From an uncultured Vampirovibrio sp. (GTDB taxonomy: Bacteria > Cyanobacteriota > Vampirovibrionia > Gastranaerophilales > Gastranaerophilaceae), in NCBI GenBank assembly GCA_964503025.1, contig CAZCZF010000002.1, positions 2,999 to 66,998 of the forward strand: a DNA stretch of 64,000 nt. Direction: 5' to 3'. The notes beneath the pieces are model-generated. The model did not search any database and was not told where the DNA came from. It saw nothing but the letters and a program-made list of their open reading frames with translations. Shown here one piece after another: positions 56,073 through 64,000 of the stretch. How positions within the stretch are numbered: position 1 is the stretch's first letter; every line of letters begins with the position of its first letter. The position numbers were made by a program, and so were the translations under genes.

Positions 56073-56894
56073 ATGTTAAACTGTGTTAAAGCGAGTTTTG
56101 GACTTACAAACAGATATATAATTTTGGCAACACCTTTGATAATTTTTTCTTTGTTATCAAGTTTGTACCTTTTATTTTCAACCGCCGGAAGCCTTATAAG
56201 TTTGGGAATTGCTGTTGTATTATTTCTATTAATGTTGGCTGCATTTCTTTCCGGATGGTTTTATATGTTAAAGTTGGCTGTTTTGGAAGAAGAAAAAGAA
56301 GATACAAATTTATTAATCAAAGAGTTTCCATCGGGAGTCGGAGAGTATTTTCTTTCGGTTTTGGGTGTGCAATTAAATGTATTTATTCTTTCCGGAATAT
56401 TGCTTACAATTGCTTACTTTTTAGGAATGAAATTTATCGGCAATCTTGGAATTTCGGCTGAAGCTATGTCAGGTGCTTTTGAAACAATTGATACAATGAA
56501 AAAATTTCTGATGTCATTGACGGAAGATCAATTGTTGAGACTTAATTTATGGAATTTTCTGTTATTTGGTGCAATGGGGTTAGAATACTTTATTTTGATG
56601 TTCTATATGCCGGTTGTTGTTTTTAAAGAAAAAAATCCGTTCAAAGCTTTCTTCATATCATTGAGAGATTTGTTTAGCAGAAAGTTTTTTCATAATGTTT
56701 TGCTCTATGTGCTAATCTTTGTTTCATATAGCATTTTATCCGTTTTAACCACATTAGCAGGGTTTAATGTGGTAACGCACTTTGTTTTTACGCTTGTAAA
56801 CTTTTACTACATGGTTTATGTGGCATTGTTGATATGCAAATACTATTATGAAAATTTCGTCAGAATCGGTGGTAATTTAGATAAATCGATTTAG
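56073..56894 (+). CDS. Polytopic membrane protein of unknown function
   Basis: About six hydrophobic segments; RBS AAGGAG. Confidence 0.75.
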   Translation: MLNCVKASFGLTNRYIILATPLIIFSLLSSLYLLFSTAGSLISLGIAVVLFLLMLAAFLSGWFYMLKLAVLEEEKEDTNLLIKEFPSGVGEYFLSVLGVQLNVFILSGILLTIAYFLGMKFIGNLGISAEAMSGAFETIDTMKKFLMSLTEDQLLRLNLWNFLLFGAMGLEYFILMFYMPVVVFKEKNPFKAFFISLRDLFSRKFFHNVLLYVLIFVSYSILSVLTTLAGFNVVTHFVFTLVNFYYMVYVALLICKYYYENFVRIGGNLDKSI

Positions 56895-56900
56895 AAAATT

Positions 56901-58664
56901 TTATGATAATTTTCTAATCATTTCGTGCGCGTCCTCATCTTCCGGAAAAATTGAAACAACTTTGTCTAGATATTCCAGCGCTTTGTCGTTGTCTTTTAAG
57001 CCTTCGTAACATTTTGCAAGACTCATTAACAAAGATATGTTATCTTGTTTTTTTGCGAGCAAGTTGTTAAAAATATTTATTGCAGAATTGTACTCGCCTA
57101 ATTCGTAATAAGTTAGTGCAAGTGTATTCTGTGTTTCAATATCAGGATTTTGTTCAACAGCTCGAATAAGATATTGTTTAGCTTCTTCAAACTCTTTTCT
57201 AGCAAATAAAATTCTTCCTGCGCAGAACTGTATATATTCGTGGTGCGGATTAATTTTAAAGGCTTTCATTATGTAATCTTTTGCCTCGTCAAGCTGGTTT
57301 AAAATAAGCTTGTTTAATGCCATAAATGTTAATGCAAGGATGTTTTCAGGCTCAATATCCAACGCTTCTTGGTAAAATCTTTCTGCTTCCGTGTTTTTGG
57401 AAATTGAATACAAAAAGTTTCCATACTCAAAAATGATTTCAAAATCATTTGGTTGTAGTTTCATTGCTGTTTTAAATTCATCTTCTGCATAATCAAACAA
57501 ACGCTTATTTAAAAATATTATACCAAGATCTTTATGAGCTTTTGCCAAGCTTGGATTCATTTTAATAACTTTTTTTAGCATTCGCTCAGCAGTTTCCGTA
57601 TCGCATAAACTGGATGACAATATTGCGTATTGGTGGATGGTTTCAGCACTTGGTTTATTTTTGAGAAGAATATTATCATAAATATCTTTAGCTTTGGCAA
57701 GTTGGTTTGTTCTTATGTATAGACTTGCCAGTTTTTGCGCAGGAAGAATAAATTTTGTATTAATATAAACCATTTTTTCCAACATGGAAATCGCGGTTTG
57801 GATTTCTCCCAATGCTTCATAGCAAGTTACAAGGTTGTATTTGTAATTTTCTTTTTCCGGATGAGAAATTAATAAGCTTTTGTAAACATCCGCAGCTTCT
57901 TTGTATTGGTTGCATTTTACCAAAGACATTGCAAGTGCAACTTTAAAACTTTCGTCCTCATCGTCCAACTCAACTGCTTTTTGCAGATATTTGCAAGCTT
58001 CTTCGTGGTTTTGTTGGATTTGAAAAGCCGAACCGATATTGTAGTATGCCATCGGATTATTAGGACTTAATTCTAATGCCATGTTGTAATATTTTATTGC
58101 TTCATCGCTTCTTCCAGTTGCAATACAAGCAGTTCCGAGACTGTTTAATGTTCCCAAATTCTCAGGATTTTTTGACAAAGCTCGTTTGAATGGCTCAATA
58201 CTCTTTTCAAACTCTTTTATTTTCATGTACGAAGTTCCGATTATAAAATCAAAGATATAATCATACGGAGCAATTGCAGAAGCTTTAAATGCATATTTTA
58301 TAGCTTCTTCTATTTCATTCAATTTTATAAGTGTTACACAAAGACTTTGGAAGCCTTCTATGTATTCAGGGCGCAAAGTTAGAACCGTTTGATATGCATT
58401 TTTTGCAGAAACTAAGTCGTTCAAATGGTCATAACAATTTCCCAAGTAGAAGAATGAGGAAGCGTCATCTTGGTTGTATTTTACAACTGTTTCAAAATAC
58501 TTGCGCGCATCAGCCCATTTACCCAGATTTACGGCAGTAAGTCCGGCAAGCTTAAGAAGCTCTATGTTGTTTGCATCTTCCCGCAAAGCCTCATTTAACA
58601 GTACTTCTGCTTGTTCAAATTCTTTTTCTCCAACCAATTCGTTAATTCTGTTTATATCAATCAT
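56901..58664 (-). CDS. All-TPR scaffold protein
   Basis: Tandem 34-aa TPR periodicity over the whole length; start likely ATG at 58664. Confidence 0.85.
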   Translation of the reverse strand: MIDINRINELVGEKEFEQAEVLLNEALREDANNIELLKLAGLTAVNLGKWADARKYFETVVKYNQDDASSFFYLGNCYDHLNDLVSAKNAYQTVLTLRPEYIEGFQSLCVTLIKLNEIEEAIKYAFKASAIAPYDYIFDFIIGTSYMKIKEFEKSIEPFKRALSKNPENLGTLNSLGTACIATGRSDEAIKYYNMALELSPNNPMAYYNIGSAFQIQQNHEEACKYLQKAVELDDEDESFKVALAMSLVKCNQYKEAADVYKSLLISHPEKENYKYNLVTCYEALGEIQTAISMLEKMVYINTKFILPAQKLASLYIRTNQLAKAKDIYDNILLKNKPSAETIHQYAILSSSLCDTETAERMLKKVIKMNPSLAKAHKDLGIIFLNKRLFDYAEDEFKTAMKLQPNDFEIIFEYGNFLYSISKNTEAERFYQEALDIEPENILALTFMALNKLILNQLDEAKDYIMKAFKINPHHEYIQFCAGRILFARKEFEEAKQYLIRAVEQNPDIETQNTLALTYYELGEYNSAINIFNNLLAKKQDNISLLMSLAKCYEGLKDNDKALEYLDKVVSIFPEDEDAHEMIRKLS

Positions 58665-58686
58665 TTTTCCAACCTTTTTTATCAAT

Positions 58687-58717
58687 CCCTCTCCTTGAGG
58701 AGAGGGTTAGGGTGAGG
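58687..58717 (-). repeat. BoxC-like palindromic repeat
   Basis: CCCTCTCC-ttga-GGAGAGGG followed by TTAGGGTGAGG; minus strand reads CCTCACCCTAACCCTCTCC... Confidence 0.7.
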
Positions 58718-58751
58718 TGTCAACCAACCCCGCCTTGTCGTTTTACGTTGA

Positions 58752-58826
58752 GGGATGCTTGTGTTTATATATTAAATTGGTAGTTTGTCCAATGCATCCC
58801 GACCCAATATCTACGTGCGTAGCACT
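58752..58826. repeat. Segment sharing three motifs with the tRNA-Pro locus
   Basis: GCTTGTGTTT...AAATTGG (cf. 41728-41746), CATCCCGACC (tRNA 3' end), ATATCTACGTGCGTAGCACT (19/20 identical to 42120-42139). Confidence 0.65.
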
Positions 58827-59826
58827 ATTCTCCAAAATAGTTCTTTAATCCTGCTGTCATGTTTTTGTTTTTACATAATTTTTTGAGCTTTGAAATCGCG
58901 CGATTTTCAATTTGTCTGATACGTTCTCTAGATACACCGTATATAGAACCGATTTCATCCAATGTCTTTTTGTTTCCGTCATTGTTAAGCCCAAAACGCA
59001 AAATCAAAACATCTCTTTCTTTTTGGCTCAACTGTTCAAGCATACCTTTTATGTCATCCAACATGCTTTCTTGTGATACCAATGAGTCAGGTGCAATTGT
59101 TGATTCATCTACAATGTAGTCAATGATTTTATTTGAATCATCTTTTTGCCCTGTTGGAGTATCAATACTTATCGTAGATTGCGTAGACTTAATTATTGAA
59201 GTTAGTTTTGAAACAGGAATGCCCATTTTGTCTGCAATCTCTTGCTTAACAGGTATTCTGCCAAGCTCTGTCGTTAAATCTATTGTAGCTTTTTTAATCT
59301 TGTTTATTGATTCAATCAAATGAATAGGTAGTCTTATAATTCTGGCTTTGTCAGCAATAGCTCTTGTGATTGATTGCTGAATCCACCATGTTGCATAAGT
59401 TGAAAATTTGTATCCTTTTGTGTAATCAAACTTTTCAGTAGCTTTGATAAGTCCCATGTTGCCTTCCTGAATTAAATCCAAGAAAGAAAGACCTCTACCT
59501 ATGTATTTTTTTGCGATACTTACAACAAGTCTTAAATTTGCATTAATGAGAACTTTTCTTGCAAATTCGCTCTGGGTTTCATAAATTTTCTTGGCAACTT
59601 CCAACTCTTCTTCCGGAGTTAAAAGCGGAATTTTTCCGATTTGTTGCAAATAAATTCGCACAGAATCGTCGGAATTAACGGAGTTGAGACTCTCCTGTGT
59701 CTTAGGCTCTTCAATCGCAATAGAATCTTCATCATCCTCTTCAACCGGCTCAATGTTATTAAAATCAACACCCTCATCAGAAATGTCGTCAACCATTATA
59801 TTTAGAGTATCATTCTTTTTTGCCAT
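58825..59826 (-). CDS. RpoD/SigA-family sigma70 factor lacking region 1.1
   Basis: [53 protein letters not shown]. Confidence 0.92.
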   Translation of the reverse strand: MAKKNDTLNIMVDDISDEGVDFNNIEPVEEDDEDSIAIEEPKTQESLNSVNSDDSVRIYLQQIGKIPLLTPEEELEVAKKIYETQSEFARKVLINANLRLVVSIAKKYIGRGLSFLDLIQEGNMGLIKATEKFDYTKGYKFSTYATWWIQQSITRAIADKARIIRLPIHLIESINKIKKATIDLTTELGRIPVKQEIADKMGIPVSKLTSIIKSTQSTISIDTPTGQKDDSNKIIDYIVDESTIAPDSLVSQESMLDDIKGMLEQLSQKERDVLILRFGLNNDGNKKTLDEIGSIYGVSRERIRQIENRAISKLKKLCKNKNMTAGLKNYFGE

Positions 59827-59827
59827 G

Positions 59828-60589
59828 TTATTTCCCTCTTATTTTGGATTTTTCTAGTTGTTTTACGCTCTCAAACAATATTATAGCAGCAGCGTTTGAA
59901 ACATTTAAAGAATTAAAATTTGTTAACATCGGAATTTTTACAATAAAATCAGATAACTTTAACAAAGATTTTGATATTCCGGCATGTTCAGCACCCATAA
60001 CGAGAACAAAATTCATATCCGTATAATCAATATCATAATAATTATCTTTTGCATGATGATCGGAAGCAATTACCCAGTAGTTGTTTTCTTTTAGCCTTTG
60101 TATTGCATTGACAAGGCTGTTTACTTTGATAATTGATATATGGTTTACAGCTCCGGCACTTGTTTTTTCTACTGTTGAATTGATTAAAACACCACGTCTT
60201 GATGGCAATATTATTGCTTTTATGTCTGCGCAAACGCATGTACGAATTATTGCTCCGACATTGTGTGAATCTTCAACACCGTCAAGTACAACTACAGACG
60301 CTTGTTTGCCTTGGTTTTGTTCAATGAAATCGTCAAGCTCGGTGTATTTTACCGGAGAAATTTGTGCAATTACGCCTTGATGGCGTCCTTCCGGCTCAAT
60401 TTGATTGAGCTTTTGGATGCTAACAAATTGAAATATAATTCCGTTTTTTGAAGCAAGTTCTTTTATTTTTTCAATTTTTACATCGGCATGTGCACTGTTT
60501 GATATCAGAATTTTATTAAAAGTTCTGTTACCACTCTCTAATGCTTCTATTACTGCGTTTTTTCCGTATATTATGGTATTGTTTTCCAT
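59828..60589 (-). CDS. rlmB: 23S rRNA Gm2251 methyltransferase
   Basis: [49 protein letters not shown]. Confidence 0.92.
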   Translation of the reverse strand: MENNTIIYGKNAVIEALESGNRTFNKILISNSAHADVKIEKIKELASKNGIIFQFVSIQKLNQIEPEGRHQGVIAQISPVKYTELDDFIEQNQGKQASVVVLDGVEDSHNVGAIIRTCVCADIKAIILPSRRGVLINSTVEKTSAGAVNHISIIKVNSLVNAIQRLKENNYWVIASDHHAKDNYYDIDYTDMNFVLVMGAEHAGISKSLLKLSDFIVKIPMLTNFNSLNVSNAAAIILFESVKQLEKSKIRGK

Positions 60590-61497
60590 TATTTTGAAAC
60601 CTTTAACATTCTTTCAATACAACCTGCGCTACGTTTTCTTATGTTTTCGTCTAATGTAATTTCATTGACTTCGTGTTGAAGAGAGTACAAAATCTCTTCA
60701 AGAGTTGTGAGTTTCATGCTTTCGCATAGCATGTGTTTATTAATTGGTATAAATTTCTTGTCCGGATAATCTCGTTCCAAACGGTCTACAACGCCTTTTT
60801 CGGTTACGATTACAAATTGCTTATCCTTGCTTTTTCTTACGTATTCCATTATACCGCTTGTGCTGCCGACATAATCGCCGAGTTTGCTAACTTCCGGCTT
60901 GCACTCAGGATGAATAAGAATTTTTGCGCTTGGATGTTTTTTGCGTGCTAATTCAATATCCTTAATTTCAATGTTGTTGTGAACAGGACAATTGCCATTG
61001 TACGTAATAACTTCTACATTGTCTATTTTGCTTTCAATCCATTTTCCAAGGTTTGCATCCGGCAGGAATAAAACTTTAGAATTGTTAAGACTCTTTACAA
61101 TTCTTAATGCATTTGAGCTTGTGCAGCAAATGTCGCATTCAGCCTTAACTTCAGCAGTAGAATTGATGTAACATACAACTGGTACATTTGGATGATTTTT
61201 TTTGAAATTAATCATCTTTTCATGGTCAATCATATCTGCCATAAGACATCCTGCATTCAAATTCGGAAGTAAAACTTTTTTGTCCGGAGATATTATTTTT
61301 GCTGTTTGTGCCATAAAGTATACACCTGCAAACACAATAATATCAGCGTTTGTGTCTTTTGCTTTCTGGCTCAGATAGAGTGAATCCCCTACAAAATCAG
61401 CAACTTCGTCTATCTCAATATTTTGGTAACTGTGCGCCAAAATGATTGCATTTTTTTCTTTTTTCAGTTTTTTAATTTTTTCAATCAAATTATTCAT
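60589..61497 (-). CDS. nadA: Quinolinate synthase
   Basis: ILAHSYQ, GDSL, AGCLMAD, YINST, CTSSN, CPVH, HPEC, CESMK. Confidence 0.96.
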   Translation of the reverse strand: MNNLIEKIKKLKKEKNAIILAHSYQNIEIDEVADFVGDSLYLSQKAKDTNADIIVFAGVYFMAQTAKIISPDKKVLLPNLNAGCLMADMIDHEKMINFKKNHPNVPVVCYINSTAEVKAECDICCTSSNALRIVKSLNNSKVLFLPDANLGKWIESKIDNVEVITYNGNCPVHNNIEIKDIELARKKHPSAKILIHPECKPEVSKLGDYVGSTSGIMEYVRKSKDKQFVIVTEKGVVDRLERDYPDKKFIPINKHMLCESMKLTTLEEILYSLQHEVNEITLDENIRKRSAGCIERMLKVSK

Positions 61498-61562
61498 TCA
61501 TTTATCCTGTGTACAAAATTTAAGTTTTATTGTACAATAAAAAAAAATAGGAAGAAACTGAT

Positions 61563-63218
61563 ATGATGAGAAAGAGCATAGTAGGTGTATCCGTAACTCC
61601 TGAGATTGGCTTAGAAGTTGCACAAATAGATTTTGCGAGCCAGACTGTCTTAAAATACGGTTATAGACAATTAGAGTATGATCTCGCCAGACGTGAGATT
61701 CTTGATTTAGATGTATTTAAAGAAACTTTACAAGATTTGTTTATCGAACTTCAAATTCCTGCGGGAACAGAAGTGGTTGTGAACATTCCTACGGTTGCAT
61801 TTAATGTAAACGATTATCCGGCTTCGTTGGATGGGGTTCAGATTGAAGGTGCTATTGAAGAAGAACTCAATGAACACTTCATATTCAAGTCTGTAGAGCC
61901 TGCAATCAGCGCAACAAGGTTGCCTAATTCATCAATGCAATTCTATAAAATAGCGTATACGGCAGCTCAAAAACAAATGCTTATTGAAATTGCTATGGGC
62001 ATCAGAGATATCGGATATAAAGTTGCGGTAATTGATACATCGGTTAATTCCGTGTTGAATGCCTTAATGTACAAGCAACGCGTTGATGTAAGTCCTGATA
62101 TGGCATGGGTATTGATGATAGTTGAAACAAATTGTTGTCGAATATTAACAATGAACGGCAAGGATTTTGTTGATGTATTTGAAGAAAAATTAGCTATTGG
62201 TCAGGTGCTTGATGATGCAGAAAACTATGGTACGGTTATTAATGCGGTATCTCCAATATTGAAGAATTTGCCTTCAAAATACTTATGCGTTGTTTCAAAG
62301 ACGAATGTTATAAGTGCAGAAGTTTTAGCAAGCAAACTTACTTATTCGGCACCGATTATTCACCAAGAAGCAAATTGCTACTCAAAAGAGGCATTGCTTG
62401 ACTTGGCGCCAAGTGTTGATGAAAAAGCTGCAAGCTTGATTTCTCTCGATGTTATCGGTGCGGCAATTAATACAAACTTTGCACCGTATTCGGATATACA
62501 TTTTAATTTATTTAATAAGTCTCTTGGAGAAGTTTATACGATTGAGCAACCGCCGGAACTTCAACTTGGTTCAAGAACAATTGTTCTTTCCAAAGAATTT
62601 TTGACCGGAATTGGAATGTTTTTGGCTTTGATAATTGGTGGTATTGCGGCTGCGCTTTTTGTATATTTCAATGTAAGAACTTTGGACGCGCAATCACGCT
62701 TAGACAGACTTGATATGCAAAAAACTCAAATTGAGCAGTACTTGAAAGCTAATGAGGATGTGTCAACAGACTTGTTTAACGAAGGTGAAGAAATTAAACT
62801 CGGTTTAACGCGTAATAAAGGTGTTTATTCTTACTACACTATTGTAGGAACAGAAATACCGAAGAAATTGTGGTTAACACATTTGAAGTTTGGTGATAAA
62901 ACTACGATTGAAGGACAGGCAGATAACCTTGAGAGTGTTTATGCTTTCTTTAGAAGTATAAAAGACTATGCCCCGAATTCTGCAATAAAACTTCAAAAAC
63001 TGGGTTTAGCTGCGAAGTCCAACAGCTCAGTGTTAACAGAAATAAATGGCTCCGGTGGGGCAGAGTTTGATACGGATTCTATTTTAACATCATTGAATGC
63101 AGATTTTTATGAATTTGTTATTTCAGATGAAACACCTGCTAAGAAGGGGGCAAAGAAGAATTCTGATCCGTTGAGCAATGCAATGCCTGCTTTAGAACCA
63201 ATAAATGAAAGTAATTAA
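61563..63218 (+). CDS. Type IV pilus PilM-like actin-fold protein fused to a TM + PilN-like domain
   Basis: PilM-like N-terminal ~330 aa; TM (FLTGIGMFLALIIGGIAAALFVYF); LWLTHLKF...TIEGQA (PilN-like). Confidence 0.7.
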   Translation: MMRKSIVGVSVTPEIGLEVAQIDFASQTVLKYGYRQLEYDLARREILDLDVFKETLQDLFIELQIPAGTEVVVNIPTVAFNVNDYPASLDGVQIEGAIEEELNEHFIFKSVEPAISATRLPNSSMQFYKIAYTAAQKQMLIEIAMGIRDIGYKVAVIDTSVNSVLNALMYKQRVDVSPDMAWVLMIVETNCCRILTMNGKDFVDVFEEKLAIGQVLDDAENYGTVINAVSPILKNLPSKYLCVVSKTNVISAEVLASKLTYSAPIIHQEANCYSKEALLDLAPSVDEKAASLISLDVIGAAINTNFAPYSDIHFNLFNKSLGEVYTIEQPPELQLGSRTIVLSKEFLTGIGMFLALIIGGIAAALFVYFNVRTLDAQSRLDRLDMQKTQIEQYLKANEDVSTDLFNEGEEIKLGLTRNKGVYSYYTIVGTEIPKKLWLTHLKFGDKTTIEGQADNLESVYAFFRSIKDYAPNSAIKLQKLGLAAKSNSSVLTEINGSGGAEFDTDSILTSLNADFYEFVISDETPAKKGAKKNSDPLSNAMPALEPINESN

Positions 63219-63229
63219 AAGGATAAAAA

Positions 63230-63871
63230 ATGGATAAGATTAAAAAATATTATGGTGTAATTATTTTTTGTATAGTAATCGTTGCCTTGTTAGTAGGGTC
63301 TTATATGTTGGTTATGCCAAAGGTTCAGAGCCTGACTTCTTTGGAAGAAACAGTTGCAACGAGAGAAACTGAGGTACAAAACCTTAAGAACAAGATGCAG
63401 GTAGTGCAGAGCAAAATTAAAAAAATGAAAGATGTAGTTAATTCTGTTCAGAAGAAAGTGTATTCTCCGGTTGAATCAGATTTGGGCGATGAAACGCTGT
63501 TCTTTACTTTGTATAATGATGTAATTGAGATGCTACATGCAAATTCTATTAAGATTAAGTCTCTTGATTATAAGTATAATCCGGAGAGTGATAGCTTCGT
63601 AAAATCAGGTAAAGACATTTACTTTGTATGCGATGTTAATATGGAATTGGTTTCTAATTATGTAAATTTAGGAAAATTGATAGAAAACTTGTATCAATAT
63701 CCGTATTACATCAGAATAAACTCGTTGGAAGTTAAACCTTATGCTAAAGATAAGAAGGTTTTGTTATCTAGTTTAAGTTTGAGATTGTATGCTCACACTG
63801 AACCTGAAGAGGAAACAGATGATGTAGCAGTTCCTGTGTTGGATGGTGCAGAAACATCAATTCCACAGTAG
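63230..63871 (+). CDS. pilO: PilO-like type IV pilus alignment protein
   Basis: N-terminal TM, coiled coil, VNMELVSNYVNLGKLIENL...IRINSLEV. Confidence 0.7.
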   Translation: MDKIKKYYGVIIFCIVIVALLVGSYMLVMPKVQSLTSLEETVATRETEVQNLKNKMQVVQSKIKKMKDVVNSVQKKVYSPVESDLGDETLFFTLYNDVIEMLHANSIKIKSLDYKYNPESDSFVKSGKDIYFVCDVNMELVSNYVNLGKLIENLYQYPYYIRINSLEVKPYAKDKKVLLSSLSLRLYAHTEPEEETDDVAVPVLDGAETSIPQ

Positions 63872-63899
63872 TTGTTGAAAATATGAGATTTTAAAATGG

Positions 63900-63928
63900 A
63901 GAGCTGAGCAATCAGCTCTTTGTTTTTT
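63900..63928 (+). terminator. Intrinsic terminator after pilO
   Basis: AGAGCTGA-GCAA-TCAGCTCT followed by TTGTTTTTT. Confidence 0.85.
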
Positions 63929-63937
63929 AGAAAAAGC

Positions 63938-63966
63938 TTGCTAAAAGTTTTTGTTTGGTGTACGAT
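63938..63966 (+). promoter_or_regulatory. Sigma70-type promoter for a gene beyond the window
   Basis: TTGCTA-N17-TACGAT. Confidence 0.5.
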
Positions 63967-64000
63967 TTACATGCACAGAGAACAGAGGTTCAATGTTGCG

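Noticed and set aside
286-62161. Numerous 60-225 aa ORFs in the track that overlap assigned genes (e.g. 286-555, 2447-2803, 5799-6200, 16630-17055, 23929-24336, 31581-32258)
   Set aside because: They lie antisense or out of frame within well-supported genes, lack RBS or motifs, and reflect codon bias.

Overview
AT-rich bacterial chromosomal window with about 60 genes, mostly housekeeping, read with genetic code 11. The gene style suggests Candidatus Melainabacteria (Gastranaerophilales-like): diderm envelope genes, glycogen genes, and many orphans with low-complexity N-termini. This assignment is inference, not a database result. Contents in order: secD (partial), secF; an HNH-like orphan; an HD hydrolase; a nine-gene aryl-polyene-like acyl/ACP/MMPL cluster with no ketosynthase, downstream of glgA; cinA-C, nitrilase-family, dacB, a 25-aa hydrophobic micro-ORF, xerD, LysM, radA; TPR-glycosyltransferase; tRNA-Leu(TAA); YtxH/DUF948-like genes; murT-like, pdxJ; nifU-nifS; mscS, rlmH; a stand-alone fliF-fliG-fliH-fliI operon; PLD-family protein, YdjC deacetylase and GT2; ilvB; tRNA-Pro(TGG) flanked by partial copies of itself; a GlpT/UhpC-type MFS; two tandem orphan membrane proteins; XRE regulators; degenerate PurN- and PurD-like proteins; M49-like peptidase; malQ; YhaM-like; a glycine-zipper microprotein; a degenerate Hcp-like protein; CpaE-like ATPase; TPR protein; sigma70; rlmB; nadA; pilM(N)-pilO. 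No CRISPR array, rRNA, transposase or prophage was seen. Best leads: (i) a shared N-terminal leader (M-x-[IV]-x-x-[IV]...[VI]-x-F-x-G) on several unrelated orphan proteins, beside an isolated flagellar export core; (ii) tRNA-Pro-derived miniature repeat elements; (iii) the KS-less APE-like cluster; (iv) a split HNH protein; (v) several intact but catalytically eroded pseudoenzymes.
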